Translations under genes and position numbers: made by a program
Shown here: in pieces, positions 19,163 to 27,499 of the stretch
How positions within the stretch are numbered: position 1 is the stretch's first letter
How the letters are laid out: each line of letters opens with the position of its first letter
The notes under the pieces: generated by a model
Databases searched by the model: none
What the model saw: the letters and a program-made list of their open reading frames with translations, nothing else
What the model was told of the DNA's origin: nothing
Origin: an uncultured Actinomycetes bacterium
Lineage (GTDB): Bacteria > Actinomycetota > Thermoleophilia > Gaiellales > Gaiellaceae
Assembly (NCBI GenBank): GCA_963779965.1
Contig: CAWAAP010000016.1
Span: 2,313 to 66,312, forward strand
Direction: 5' to 3'
DNA length: 64,000 bases

Positions 19163-20152
19163 ATGACCGCAGTCAACACAGCCAAGCGCCTCTTCCCGCT
19201 CGCCTTTGCAGCGCTGGTCGTCGTGGGAATTTTCAGCGCATCCGCCAGCGGTCGCGTCCAAGCGGTGAAGTTCGTCTCTGGCAACTCGCGCGTCGTCCAG
19301 GGCAACCAGGCGACAGTGAGCGTTCAGGTGCAGCCGAACGGTGCGCGCTGCTCGCTTGCCGTCCGCTACAAGGGCGGCGCGAAACAGGGCGGGCTCCCCG
19401 TTGTCGCAGCCAATGGGTATATCGCGACCTGGAACTGGGAGGTGCCGCGCAAAGTGCAGACCGGCCCCGCCCGCGTGACAGCGCGTTGTGCAGGTGCCGG
19501 CCGCGCAACGAAGCGGCTCATCGTCATCGGGCAGGTCCTCCCGCCGAGCGTCCAGATCGTCAAGACCGGTTGGTCGGCACGGCCATACCCGTTCGGCGGC
19601 ACCGGCGTCAGCTACGGCGTGATCCTCGCGAACCAGTCCACGAAGCGCGATGCGCTCGACGTCAACGTCATCGTGAACTTCGTCATGTCCGACAACCGGC
19701 TGATCGGATCAGCGGGGGTGCATATCTCCGACATCGCCGCCGGCATGCAGCATGCCTTCGGCGGTGAGGTCAACTTCCCGGGCGGCGCACCGATCGCGCG
19801 ACTCGAAGTCGTGGTCAAGATCGGCAAGGGCGGCCCGGTGACCCACACGAGGCCAGGCATCTCCGCAGTTCGCGTCGTCCCGAGCATCTGGGAGCCGCAA
19901 TGGGCCGGCTCGGTGGAGGGCGAGATTCAGAACGACAGCACGAGCCGCACGCTTCAGGCTGCCGAGCTGTCGTGCGTTGTCCTGGATGCCGACGGAAACA
20001 TCATCGGCGGCGGTACCGGCTACGGGGGCGCGCAGCTTCCCCCCTCGGCGCGCTTTTTCTTCAAGGTCGACAACGGCATGCGACCGATTCCGTTCTACAA
20101 GGCTGCGTCGGCACTGGTCTCCGTCGTCCCGGTCTACCAGCAGACTCCCTAG
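19163..20152 (+). CDS. secreted hypothetical protein
   Basis: 329-aa ORF with an N-terminal signal peptide (KRLFPLAFAALVVVGIFSASASG). Beta-rich composition; no catalytic motif recognised. Confidence 0.7.
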   Translation: MTAVNTAKRLFPLAFAALVVVGIFSASASGRVQAVKFVSGNSRVVQGNQATVSVQVQPNGARCSLAVRYKGGAKQGGLPVVAANGYIATWNWEVPRKVQTGPARVTARCAGAGRATKRLIVIGQVLPPSVQIVKTGWSARPYPFGGTGVSYGVILANQSTKRDALDVNVIVNFVMSDNRLIGSAGVHISDIAAGMQHAFGGEVNFPGGAPIARLEVVVKIGKGGPVTHTRPGISAVRVVPSIWEPQWAGSVEGEIQNDSTSRTLQAAELSCVVLDADGNIIGGGTGYGGAQLPPSARFFFKVDNGMRPIPFYKAASALVSVVPVYQQTP

Positions 20153-20157
20153 CTGAG

Positions 20158-20780
20158 ATGCTCGGGGCATCGCGAAGCGAGCCCTGGATCTGATCGTCGG
20201 AGCGGCGCTGCTCGCGCTGCTCTCTCCGCTGATCATCGTCCTGCTGGCCGTGATGGCGGTGAACATGATCGTCTCTCCGGCCGACAGGGGCGGCTTTTTC
20301 TATCGAGAGCCCCGCGTCTCGCGCGGCCGTGTGTTCGGCCTCCTCAAGTTCCGCACGCTGCGACGGGATGTCCTGGATCAGATGCGCACCGCCGACGGGC
20401 ACGCCCGCCTCTACGAGGCGGCCCCTGACAATCTGACCTGGACGGGTAGGCGACTGCTCAAGCCGTGGTACCTCGATGAGGTGCCACAGCTTCTGAACAT
20501 CCTGCGCGGCGACATGAGCCTGGTCGGTCCGCGGCCCTGGCCGACCGAGATGGTGCGGCGGCAGGTCGCCGAGGGTCGGGATTATCGGAATCGCATCCCC
20601 GCCGGCCTGACGGGCCCGGCCCAGGTGACAAAGGGCGAGGGGATCCGCTACGAGGATCTCGACTTGCGCTATGTCGAGGCGTGCTCGAGCCTCTCGAGTT
20701 GGGCCCTTGTGCGTTACGACCTACAAATCCTGCGCCAAACTCTGGCGGTTATCGCCCGTGGAGAAGGACTGAACTTTTGA
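20158..20780 (+). CDS. bacterial sugar transferase family (polyprenyl-phosphate glycosyl-1-phosphate transferase, small WbaP/EpsL-like type)
   Basis: Motifs KFRTL and DEVPQLLNILRGDMSLVGPRPWP. The in-frame upstream segment KRALDLIVGAALLALLSPLIIVLLAV is the expected TM helix but has no canonical in-frame start. The ATG at 20158 is one base out of frame, so either an indel or an unusual start is involved. The listed ORF begins at 20250. Confidence 0.7.
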
Positions 20781-20804
20781 GCCACTGCTGCCGATAAGGG
20801 CAGT

Positions 20805-21584
20805 GTGGAGAGTGCGGCACTTCAGTTTCCCTGGCGCCAACTCGGCGAGCTTCTCGTCGCCGAAGAGCTGCTGACCGAGGACGAGCTCGAGCAGGCTCTC
20901 GCCGAACAGGCGAAGACCGGTCGCCTCCTCGGCCAGATCATCGTCAGCAACGGCTACCTCTCGGCGTTCTCGCTCGCACGCGTGCTCTCCGATCAGCACG
21001 GCGTCCACCTCTCTCCCAAGGAAGGGGCACCGACGCCGCTCATTGCGGTTCCGTCCGAGCCGGCGCAAGCATGGCGGCCACTCGGCAACCTCCTCGTCGA
21101 CCTCGAGTTCCTGACCGAGTCGCAGCTCGAACGTGCACTCGCCGTGCAGCGCGAAGAAGGCGGGCGCCTCGGCGAGATCCTCGTCTCTCGCGGTCTGCTC
21201 TCCGGCGGCGAGCTCGCTCAGGCACTGGCCGAGCAGCACGGTGTCGAGCTAGGCGCTCAGGACGAAGCCGAGCTCAAGACCGTCGTCCGGCCGATCACCC
21301 CCGAGGAGCCGGTCTACAAGCTCTTCGAGGTGATCTTCGAGCCCGGCTACCAGCGACGCACACAACTTTTCGAGAGCACCAACTTCCTCGAGGCCGCCGA
21401 CCACGCGTTCGAGTTCGTCGAGGAGCACGAGCCGGCAGCGCTCGAGATCCACCGCACGGCCGGCGCCGCCCAGGAAACGGTCTGGAACTACAGCGCGAGC
21501 CGAGCGGCAGCTGTGAACGAGGAGCGCAAGCCTCTCGTCGAGACGTTCGGCTTCGACCCGAACGCCTGGGGCAAGAAGAGGTAG
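20805..21584 (+). CDS. tandem MshEN / T2SSE_N-type domain protein (putative c-di-GMP receptor) with an unknown C-terminal domain
   Basis: Four copies of the 24-residue MshEN-type motif, including RLLGQIIVSNGYLSAFSLARVLSDQ and RLGEILVSRGLLSGGELAQALAEQ. No ATPase domain follows. Confidence 0.75.
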   Translation: MESAALQFPWRQLGELLVAEELLTEDELEQALAEQAKTGRLLGQIIVSNGYLSAFSLARVLSDQHGVHLSPKEGAPTPLIAVPSEPAQAWRPLGNLLVDLEFLTESQLERALAVQREEGGRLGEILVSRGLLSGGELAQALAEQHGVELGAQDEAELKTVVRPITPEEPVYKLFEVIFEPGYQRRTQLFESTNFLEAADHAFEFVEEHEPAALEIHRTAGAAQETVWNYSASRAAAVNEERKPLVETFGFDPNAWGKKR

Positions 21585-21590
21585 GACCGG

Positions 21591-22358
21591 CTACTCGGGC
21601 GTGACGTACGCGCCCGTGATTCCGCCGTCCACCACGAACGTCGCGGCATTCACGTAGGACGACTCGTCGCTCGCAAGGAACAGCGCGGCGTTGACGATTT
21701 CACGCGGCTTGGCGAGGCGACCCATCGGGATGTGCACGAGGCGCCGCTCCGCTGCGGCCGGATCGTCGCCCCAGATGGAGAGCAGGAGCGGCGTCTCCAC
21801 CGGCCCCGGGCAAAGTGCGTTGACGCGGACGCCTTGTCTGGCGAACTGCACGCCAAGCTCACGCGTCATCGCGAGGACGGCTCCCTTCGACGCCGTGTAC
21901 GAGATCTGCGACGTGGCCGCACCCAGCAGTGCGACGAACGAGGCGACGTTGATGACCGAGCCGCCGCCGCGCTCGAGCAGGTGCGGGATGCCGTGCTTGC
22001 AGCAGAGGTAGACGCCTCGAGTGTTGACGGCCTGGACGCGGTCCCATGCTTCGGGCTCCGTCTCCAGGATGGACGCGTCGTCACCCGGCGAGATGCCCGC
22101 GTTGTTGTAGAGGATGTCGATGCCGCCGTAGCGCTCCTTCGTTGCGTCGTACATCGCGCGCACGTTTTCCGGGTCTCCGACGTCGACCTGGAAGGCGAAG
22201 GCTTCGCGTGCTGCGTCGGCGGTCTGCTCGGCCGCTTCTTTGTTCACGTCAGCGACGCACACCTGGGCGCCTTCCTCGCCGAACAGCAGAGCGGCTTCGC
22301 GGCCCATTCCGCCGCCGGCGCCCGTGATGACCGCGACCTTTCCGTCGAGACGACCCAT
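21591..22358 (-). CDS. SDR family oxidoreductase (FabG-like)
   Basis: 255-aa ORF with TGAGGGMG, NNAG and the YTASKGAV catalytic Tyr-x3-Lys. Confidence 0.9.
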   Translation of the reverse strand: MGRLDGKVAVITGAGGGMGREAALLFGEEGAQVCVADVNKEAAEQTADAAREAFAFQVDVGDPENVRAMYDATKERYGGIDILYNNAGISPGDDASILETEPEAWDRVQAVNTRGVYLCCKHGIPHLLERGGGSVINVASFVALLGAATSQISYTASKGAVLAMTRELGVQFARQGVRVNALCPGPVETPLLLSIWGDDPAAAERRLVHIPMGRLAKPREIVNAALFLASDESSYVNAATFVVDGGITGAYVTPE

Positions 22359-22501
22359 CAGCCGGTCGCCAGGTGGACGTTCTTGGAGGCAGCCTTGGCG
22401 CGAGCGACCGCGGCATCGGTCTCCTCGATCCCGGCCGGTTCGAGCTCGGCGATCGTTTCCTCCGTCGCGGGGTTGGTCACGATCAAAGCCATCTGGCGCA
22501 T
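22358..22501 (-). pseudogene. 47-codon N-terminal remnant of an aldehyde dehydrogenase
   Basis: My own translation: MRQMALIVTNPATEETIAELEPAGIEETDAAVARAKAASKNVHLATG*. NPATEE...AAVARAKAA is the canonical ALDH N-terminus. Its stop overlaps the SDR start codon (TGATG). It is too short to appear in the ORF track. Confidence 0.55.
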
Positions 22502-22545
22502 TTGACCATGGCGGGCTCGCTCACGTCACGTTCTCCCACGGCTCG

Positions 22546-22702
22546 GTGTCTGACACCTGCCGTGGATGTACCTGGCACCGCGGCATAGCTTGGTTCGGTG
22601 CTCAGCTGGACACTCGCATCGCGGCGTCACACTTTCGTCACAGTGTCTGACACCTGCCGTAGGTGGAGCTGGCACCATGGACGAGCCTGGTTCGCTGCTC
22701 AG
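22546..22702. repeat. two 60-bp imperfect direct repeats (22546..22605 and 22643..22702, period 97 bp), each starting with the palindrome GTGTCTGACAC
   Basis: Hand alignment gives 49 of 60 identical positions, and the first 18 nt are identical. The second copy ends on the stop codon of the amidotransferase gene. Confidence 0.8.
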
Positions 22703-23415
22703 TCCTTGCGAGCAGCGCGATACCCCGCTGCTTCGCGGACGAACTCCTCGAAGAGCCGCGCGTCCTCGCCGGCTTCCGGATGCCAGAGCACTCCCACGGC
22801 GAAGCGCCGGTCTGGATCCTCCACCGCTTCGACCGTCCCGTCCTCGGCGTGCGCCGAAACCCGTAGGCCCTCTCCGATCCGCCCGATTCCCTGGTGGTGG
22901 TGCGACTTCACCGGCGCATGGTCGCCGAGCAGCGACCCGAGCCGCGTTCCCTCTTCCAACGTCACGTCGTGATCCGCGAACGTGCCGGGCGTGTGCTTGT
23001 GCTTCTCGTCGCCGACGATTTCCGGGAGGTGCTGCAAGAGGTCTCCCCCACGCGCGACATTCAGCACCTGGCTGCCACGGCAGATCGCGAGCACGGGCAT
23101 GTCGCGCTCGAGCGCAGCCTCGAGGAGCGCGAGCTCGGCGCGATCGCGCGCCTCGTGGATGCCGAGCGTCTCCTCGTGTGGCTCCTGGTCGTAGAGACCG
23201 GGATCGAGATCGGAGCCACCGGAGAACAACAACCCGTCCAGCGCCTGCAATGTCTCCTCCACTCCGTCCTCGCTCGGCGGGACGAGCAACGCGCGCCCGC
23301 CCGCGCGCTCAACTGCATACACGTAGTCGGCAGGAATGAGCGCCGCCTCCGCGTCCCAGTTGCTCCATTTCGCCGAAGTGACGTACGTCGTGATGCCGAT
23401 GACGGGTCTAGCCAC
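22699..23415 (-). CDS. gamma-glutamyl-gamma-aminobutyrate hydrolase family (class I glutamine amidotransferase, peptidase C26)
   Basis: Motifs PVIGITTY, LLFSGGSDLDP, AICRGSQVLN (nucleophile Cys), GVLWHPE. The start is set at the GTG at 23415, which overlaps the upstream stop by 8 nt. Confidence 0.85.
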   Translation of the reverse strand: MARPVIGITTYVTSAKWSNWDAEAALIPADYVYAVERAGGRALLVPPSEDGVEETLQALDGLLFSGGSDLDPGLYDQEPHEETLGIHEARDRAELALLEAALERDMPVLAICRGSQVLNVARGGDLLQHLPEIVGDEKHKHTPGTFADHDVTLEEGTRLGSLLGDHAPVKSHHHQGIGRIGEGLRVSAHAEDGTVEAVEDPDRRFAVGVLWHPEAGEDARLFEEFVREAAGYRAARKD

Positions 23416-24748
23416 GTTCGAACAGCCGCTCCCGCTCATAGCACGTCACAACCTCGTCGAATAACTGCTGCTCGGTGCGTGCGTAGTTGAGGTAGTGATC
23501 CACGACGTCGTCGCCGAGCGCTGCCCGGGCGATCTCTCCGCGCTCCAGCGCCTCGATCGCCTCCCGCAACGTCGACGGGAACCTCTCCGCATCCGATTCG
23601 TATGCGTTCCCTTCCAGCGCGGGCGGCAGCTCGAGCCCCGCCTCGATGCCGTGAAGCCCAGCCGCGATCAGCGCAGCGAACGCGAGATAAGGATTGACGT
23701 CGCCGCCCGGAATGCGCGTCTCGATCCGCGCCGCGGCACCGTGCCCGACGATCCGGAACCCGCACGTGCGGTTGTCGTGTCCCCAGGCCAGCGTCGTCGG
23801 CGCCCAGGACCCCGCCGCGTAGCGCTTGTACGAGTTGATCGTCGGCGCGAGAAAGATCGCCAACTCCTTCGCGCCCGCAATCCAGCCGGCGAGGAATTGC
23901 TTGAACACCTCCGGACCACCGGCGAACGCGTTCTCGCCGTCACGCCAGAGGCTCGCATGAATGTGGCACGAACTGCCGATCCACGAGTGGTCGGGCTTCG
24001 CCATGAACGTGATCGAGCAGCCGTTCAGGTGCGCGATCTCTTTGGCGCCGTTCTTGTAGATCGTGTGGTTGTCCGCCATCGTCATCGCGTCCGCAAACTT
24101 GAAGTTGACCTCCTGCTGCCCCGGCCAGGCTTCGCCCTTCGAGCTCTCGACCGTGATGCCGGCGCCGTACATGCCGTTTCGGATTTGACGCAGCAGTGGC
24201 TCGTCATATGTGGTCGCGAGCACGTGGTAATCGAGGATGTACGGCACTGAGGGGGTCAGGTCGCGGTAGTGCTTCGCATGCGCCTCCTCGAAGCTCTCCT
24301 TGAGCAAGTAGAACTCGAGCTCCGAGCCGATCATCGGCTCGTAGCCCAGCGAGCGTGCGCGCTCGACCTGTGCATTGAGCACCTGTCGCGGCGAGGGCCT
24401 GACGGGCGAACCATCACCCCACCCGACGTCACAGAGCACGAGCGCAGTCCCCTCCAGCCAGGGAATACGACGCAACGTCTCGAGATCGGGCCGCATCGCG
24501 AAGTCGCCGTATCCCTGCTCCCAGCTTGCGATCGAGTAGCCGGGAACCGGATCCATCTCCATGTCGAGCGCGAGCAGGTAGTTACAGCCCTCGACACCGT
24601 GGTCGGCGACGTTCTCGTCGACGAAGTACTGCGCATGGACGCGCTTGCCCATCAGCCGGCCCTGCATGTCCGTGAACGCGACGACGACGGTATCGACCGA
24701 CCCGGCCTCGACCTCGCGTTTCAACTCGTTGAGCGTCAGCATCGGCAA
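23408..24748 (-). CDS. glutamine synthetase family protein (gamma-glutamyl-polyamine / GlnA3-PuuA-like)
   Basis: 446-aa ORF with GS beta-grasp and catalytic-domain motifs: GSELEFYL, NGCSITFMAKP, GSSCHIHASLW, NPYLAFAA. Confidence 0.9.
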   Translation of the reverse strand: MPMLTLNELKREVEAGSVDTVVVAFTDMQGRLMGKRVHAQYFVDENVADHGVEGCNYLLALDMEMDPVPGYSIASWEQGYGDFAMRPDLETLRRIPWLEGTALVLCDVGWGDGSPVRPSPRQVLNAQVERARSLGYEPMIGSELEFYLLKESFEEAHAKHYRDLTPSVPYILDYHVLATTYDEPLLRQIRNGMYGAGITVESSKGEAWPGQQEVNFKFADAMTMADNHTIYKNGAKEIAHLNGCSITFMAKPDHSWIGSSCHIHASLWRDGENAFAGGPEVFKQFLAGWIAGAKELAIFLAPTINSYKRYAAGSWAPTTLAWGHDNRTCGFRIVGHGAAARIETRIPGGDVNPYLAFAALIAAGLHGIEAGLELPPALEGNAYESDAERFPSTLREAIEALERGEIARAALGDDVVDHYLNYARTEQQLFDEVVTCYERERLFERG

Positions 24749-24753
24749 CGAAC

Positions 24754-24783
24754 GGAGGGAGCCGGCTTGACCCGGCTCCCTCC
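24754..24783 (-). terminator. 12-bp perfect GC-rich hairpin between the permease and the GS-like gene (attenuator, stabiliser or weak terminator)
   Basis: GGAGGGAGCCGG-CTTGAC-CCGGCTCCCTCC, read directly. It sits in the 49-nt intercistronic gap. There is no clear U-tract, so its function is uncertain. Confidence 0.35.
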
Positions 24784-24797
24784 CCTTCGAATCGATC

Positions 24798-26390
24798 CTA
24801 CGCCGCGGGTGTGGTCACAGGGGGACCGGCCCGTTCCCCGTACCGCTCCTCGATCCGCGCGAGCTCCTCTTCGGATCCCTGCGCTACGGGTCCCGTGAAC
24901 CACTTCTTGGCGGACAGGACCCACCAACCTCCAACGAGTAGCAGCGTTCCGAGCACCGCAATCGGTGCGTAGTTGAAGCTAAGCCACGTGAACCCGTCCT
25001 TGAACGGGATCCCCGTCGGCGTGATCGGCATGATGAACAGCACCGAGATGAACGCCACCCAGATGACGGCGATCGTCCCGATCGGCCTGTACCAGCGACC
25101 GAGGTTCCATTCGCCGGGCTCCCAGGCGTCTCCCAACCGTAGCCTCAGGAAGATCGGGATCGCATAGGCGATGTAGAGCCCGATCGTCGCAATCGACGTA
25201 ACGGCCGCGTAGGCAATGTAGCCCGCGCCGACGCCGATGTCCTTGGAGAAATACGCCGGGAACGCGCAGAGGAACGCGAGCACCGCGATCGCGAGTACCG
25301 CCATGTACGGAACGCGCGCCCCATTCAAGCGACGCCAGATCCGGTGACCAGGTGTCGCTCCGTCCCGCGAGAAGGCGTACAGCATCCGTGACGCAGACGT
25401 GATCGACGACATCCCACAATACAGCTGCGCACCGACGATGATGAAGAGTAAGAACTCCGCCGCCCTTAACCCAAGCGCGTCGAGGAAGATCTGTTTCACG
25501 GCAAAGATTCCCGCCCCGGTGGTGCTCTCAAAGCTCTGGATCGCGAACGTGACGCCAAGAGCCAGGATGTAGCCGAAGATCGCCGAGACGACAACCGACA
25601 TCACCACGCCTCGAGCCGCCGACCGACCCGCATCCTGCGTCTCCTCGCTCATGTGAGCCGACGCGTCATAGCCCGTGAAGGTGTACTGCGCCTGCAGGAG
25701 CCCGAGTAACAGCACGAACCAGAGCCACTGATGCGAGAAACCGCTGTTGTTGATCGTCTTCGAGAAGACCGTCCCGACCGACTGATGATGGTCCGGCTTG
25801 AACGCGAGGAAACCCACGATGATCAACACGCCGAAGACGTGCCACCACACCGAGATGTCGTTCAGCAAGGCGACCAGCCTGACGCTGAAGATGTTCATCA
25901 GCGCGTGCAGCCCGAGGATGCAGGCGTACACGTAGATGATCTCGTGTGGCGAGGCGTGGAACGTCCCGGGCCAGAGGAGATTCAGCAGCGCGTCGGTGAA
26001 GATCGCCGCGCCGTAATCGATACCGGCCGTAATCGCGATCTGCCCGATCAGGTTGAACCAGCCCGTGAACCAGCCCCAGACGGGCCCTCCCATCTTCGAG
26101 GCCCAGTAATAGAGACCACCCGCGGTCGGATACTTCGACGCGATCTCGGCCATACCGAGCGCGACGATGATCACGAACATCGAGACGATCGGCCAGCCGT
26201 AGGCTTCTTCCACCGGCCCGCCGTAGTTGATGCCTGTCGCGTACAACGTGAGCGTCCCGGACAGGATCGAGATGATCGTGAACGAGATCGCGAAGTTCGA
26301 GAAGCCGCTCATTCCGCGCCGCAGCTCCTGGGCGTACCCGAGAGCGTGGAGCATGCGTCGGTCCTTCTCGTGCGCCGAGTGATCGGCCAC
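24798..26390 (-). CDS. APC-family amino acid/polyamine permease
   Basis: 530-aa multi-TM ORF. The N-terminus (LRRGMSGFSNFAISFTIISILSG) is typical of APC permeases. It heads the gamma-glutamyl operon. Confidence 0.9.
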   Translation of the reverse strand: MADHSAHEKDRRMLHALGYAQELRRGMSGFSNFAISFTIISILSGTLTLYATGINYGGPVEEAYGWPIVSMFVIIVALGMAEIASKYPTAGGLYYWASKMGGPVWGWFTGWFNLIGQIAITAGIDYGAAIFTDALLNLLWPGTFHASPHEIIYVYACILGLHALMNIFSVRLVALLNDISVWWHVFGVLIIVGFLAFKPDHHQSVGTVFSKTINNSGFSHQWLWFVLLLGLLQAQYTFTGYDASAHMSEETQDAGRSAARGVVMSVVVSAIFGYILALGVTFAIQSFESTTGAGIFAVKQIFLDALGLRAAEFLLFIIVGAQLYCGMSSITSASRMLYAFSRDGATPGHRIWRRLNGARVPYMAVLAIAVLAFLCAFPAYFSKDIGVGAGYIAYAAVTSIATIGLYIAYAIPIFLRLRLGDAWEPGEWNLGRWYRPIGTIAVIWVAFISVLFIMPITPTGIPFKDGFTWLSFNYAPIAVLGTLLLVGGWWVLSAKKWFTGPVAQGSEEELARIEERYGERAGPPVTTPAA

Positions 26391-26451
26391 AGTCCCTCCT
26401 AGGTTAGGGTGCCGCGGATTCTCTCGCGCCTACCGCCCCGGATCAATGGGG

Positions 26452-26844
26452 CTAGCGGTCTTGCAAACCAGCGGCCTCGACTAGCCGGGCCGGGGCAACC
26501 TCGGCGTACGCATCCTCGGCGATGCCCGCCAGCTCGTTCCAGTTCAGCCCACGGTCGAGGCGGACGCCGAGCCAGCCTCGGTGACCGACGTAGGGCGGCA
26601 CGAAGAATCGCTCCGGATCCGCCTCCACGAGCATCCTCTGCATTCCGTCGGGAGCAGCGCACCAGATCGCAAAGCGGCCGTCGCCATGGTGATTTGTCAA
26701 CACCATCAGGAACGCGCGCTTCGCCCGCACGAAAAAGGTCGGCGCTCCGTGGCTGAGTCGCTCGCTCGTCTCGGGAAGCGCGAGGCAGATCTCGCGAAGC
26801 TTCCGCAGCACCTTCGCCTGCTCCCGCTCGGCGGAACCACTCAT
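26452..26844 (-). CDS. MmcQ/YjbR family protein
   Basis: 130-aa ORF with family-typical CLALPETSERLSHGAPTFFV and PPYVGHRGWLGVRLD. Confidence 0.8.
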   Translation of the reverse strand: MSGSAEREQAKVLRKLREICLALPETSERLSHGAPTFFVRAKRAFLMVLTNHHGDGRFAIWCAAPDGMQRMLVEADPERFFVPPYVGHRGWLGVRLDRGLNWNELAGIAEDAYAEVAPARLVEAAGLQDR

Positions 26845-26847
26845 GCC

Positions 26848-27459
26848 CTAATGGTTGCGCAAGTCGACGATCAGCCGAAACGGCGACGTCGCGGTGCTGA
26901 CACGAAAGTCAACCTTGTCCGAGAGGCCGATCGCCCAGGTCAGCACCGCCTCGAAGTCGCCGGTCCGGACGAGCTCCTGCACGACCGACGTACCGGCGGC
27001 CGATCCCTCGAGCCGCCTCGGCCCCTTGTAGACCATCACGCCCTCGCCGGTGTTCAGGTCGAAGCCCGACGCGGGCTCCATGCGTACGACGAGGAATGCA
27101 GTGCCCTTGATCTCGACAGGATTTCCGGACCCGTCCTCCTTCAGCGGCGGCTGGACGTATTCGACCCTGTAGCCCGGAAGCGTGTTCCTGAACTGGAAAA
27201 CAACCCGGTCGTAGCCTTCGTGACGTCCCACCGCAACTCGCTCGAGCAGCGCGGTCTCACTCCCAGTGGCGGCCCCCTCGACAGGGGTCGTCGCGGCACC
27301 CTCGAGCGGATCGATCCCACCCGTGCTCGTTGTGGTCGGCGTCGGAGACGGGAGACTGTTGGCACCCGTCGGAGCCGAGGACTTGTCGGAGCCACCGCAC
27401 CCCGAGGAAACCACCAACAGAGCCGCGGTGACGAGGCCGATGGAGACGACGCTACGAAT
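26848..27459 (-). CDS. lipoprotein of unknown function; start codon unresolved (possible ATT)
   Basis: The in-frame upstream sequence reads (I)RSVVSIGLVTAALLVVSSGC, a lipoprotein-type signal peptide. The only codon that would open it is an ATT at 27459. The listed ORF starts at a GTG at 27417, inside the h-region. Confidence 0.55.
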   Translation of the reverse strand: MRSVVSIGLVTAALLVVSSGCGGSDKSSAPTGANSLPSPTPTTTSTGGIDPLEGAATTPVEGAATGSETALLERVAVGRHEGYDRVVFQFRNTLPGYRVEYVQPPLKEDGSGNPVEIKGTAFLVVRMEPASGFDLNTGEGVMVYKGPRRLEGSAAGTSVVQELVRTGDFEAVLTWAIGLSDKVDFRVSTATSPFRLIVDLRNH

Positions 27460-27499
27460 GAGCGCAGCCTACTGAGGTCCTGTTAGGGAAGATGGTGGG

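Noticed and set aside
22546-22702. Repeat region considered as a CRISPR array or a glutamine-type riboswitch upstream of nitrogen-metabolism genes.
   Set aside because: There are only two imperfect copies with a 37-bp non-repeated spacer and no cas genes. I found no match to the glnA-RNA consensus as I remember it. It is kept as an unexplained tandem repeat instead.
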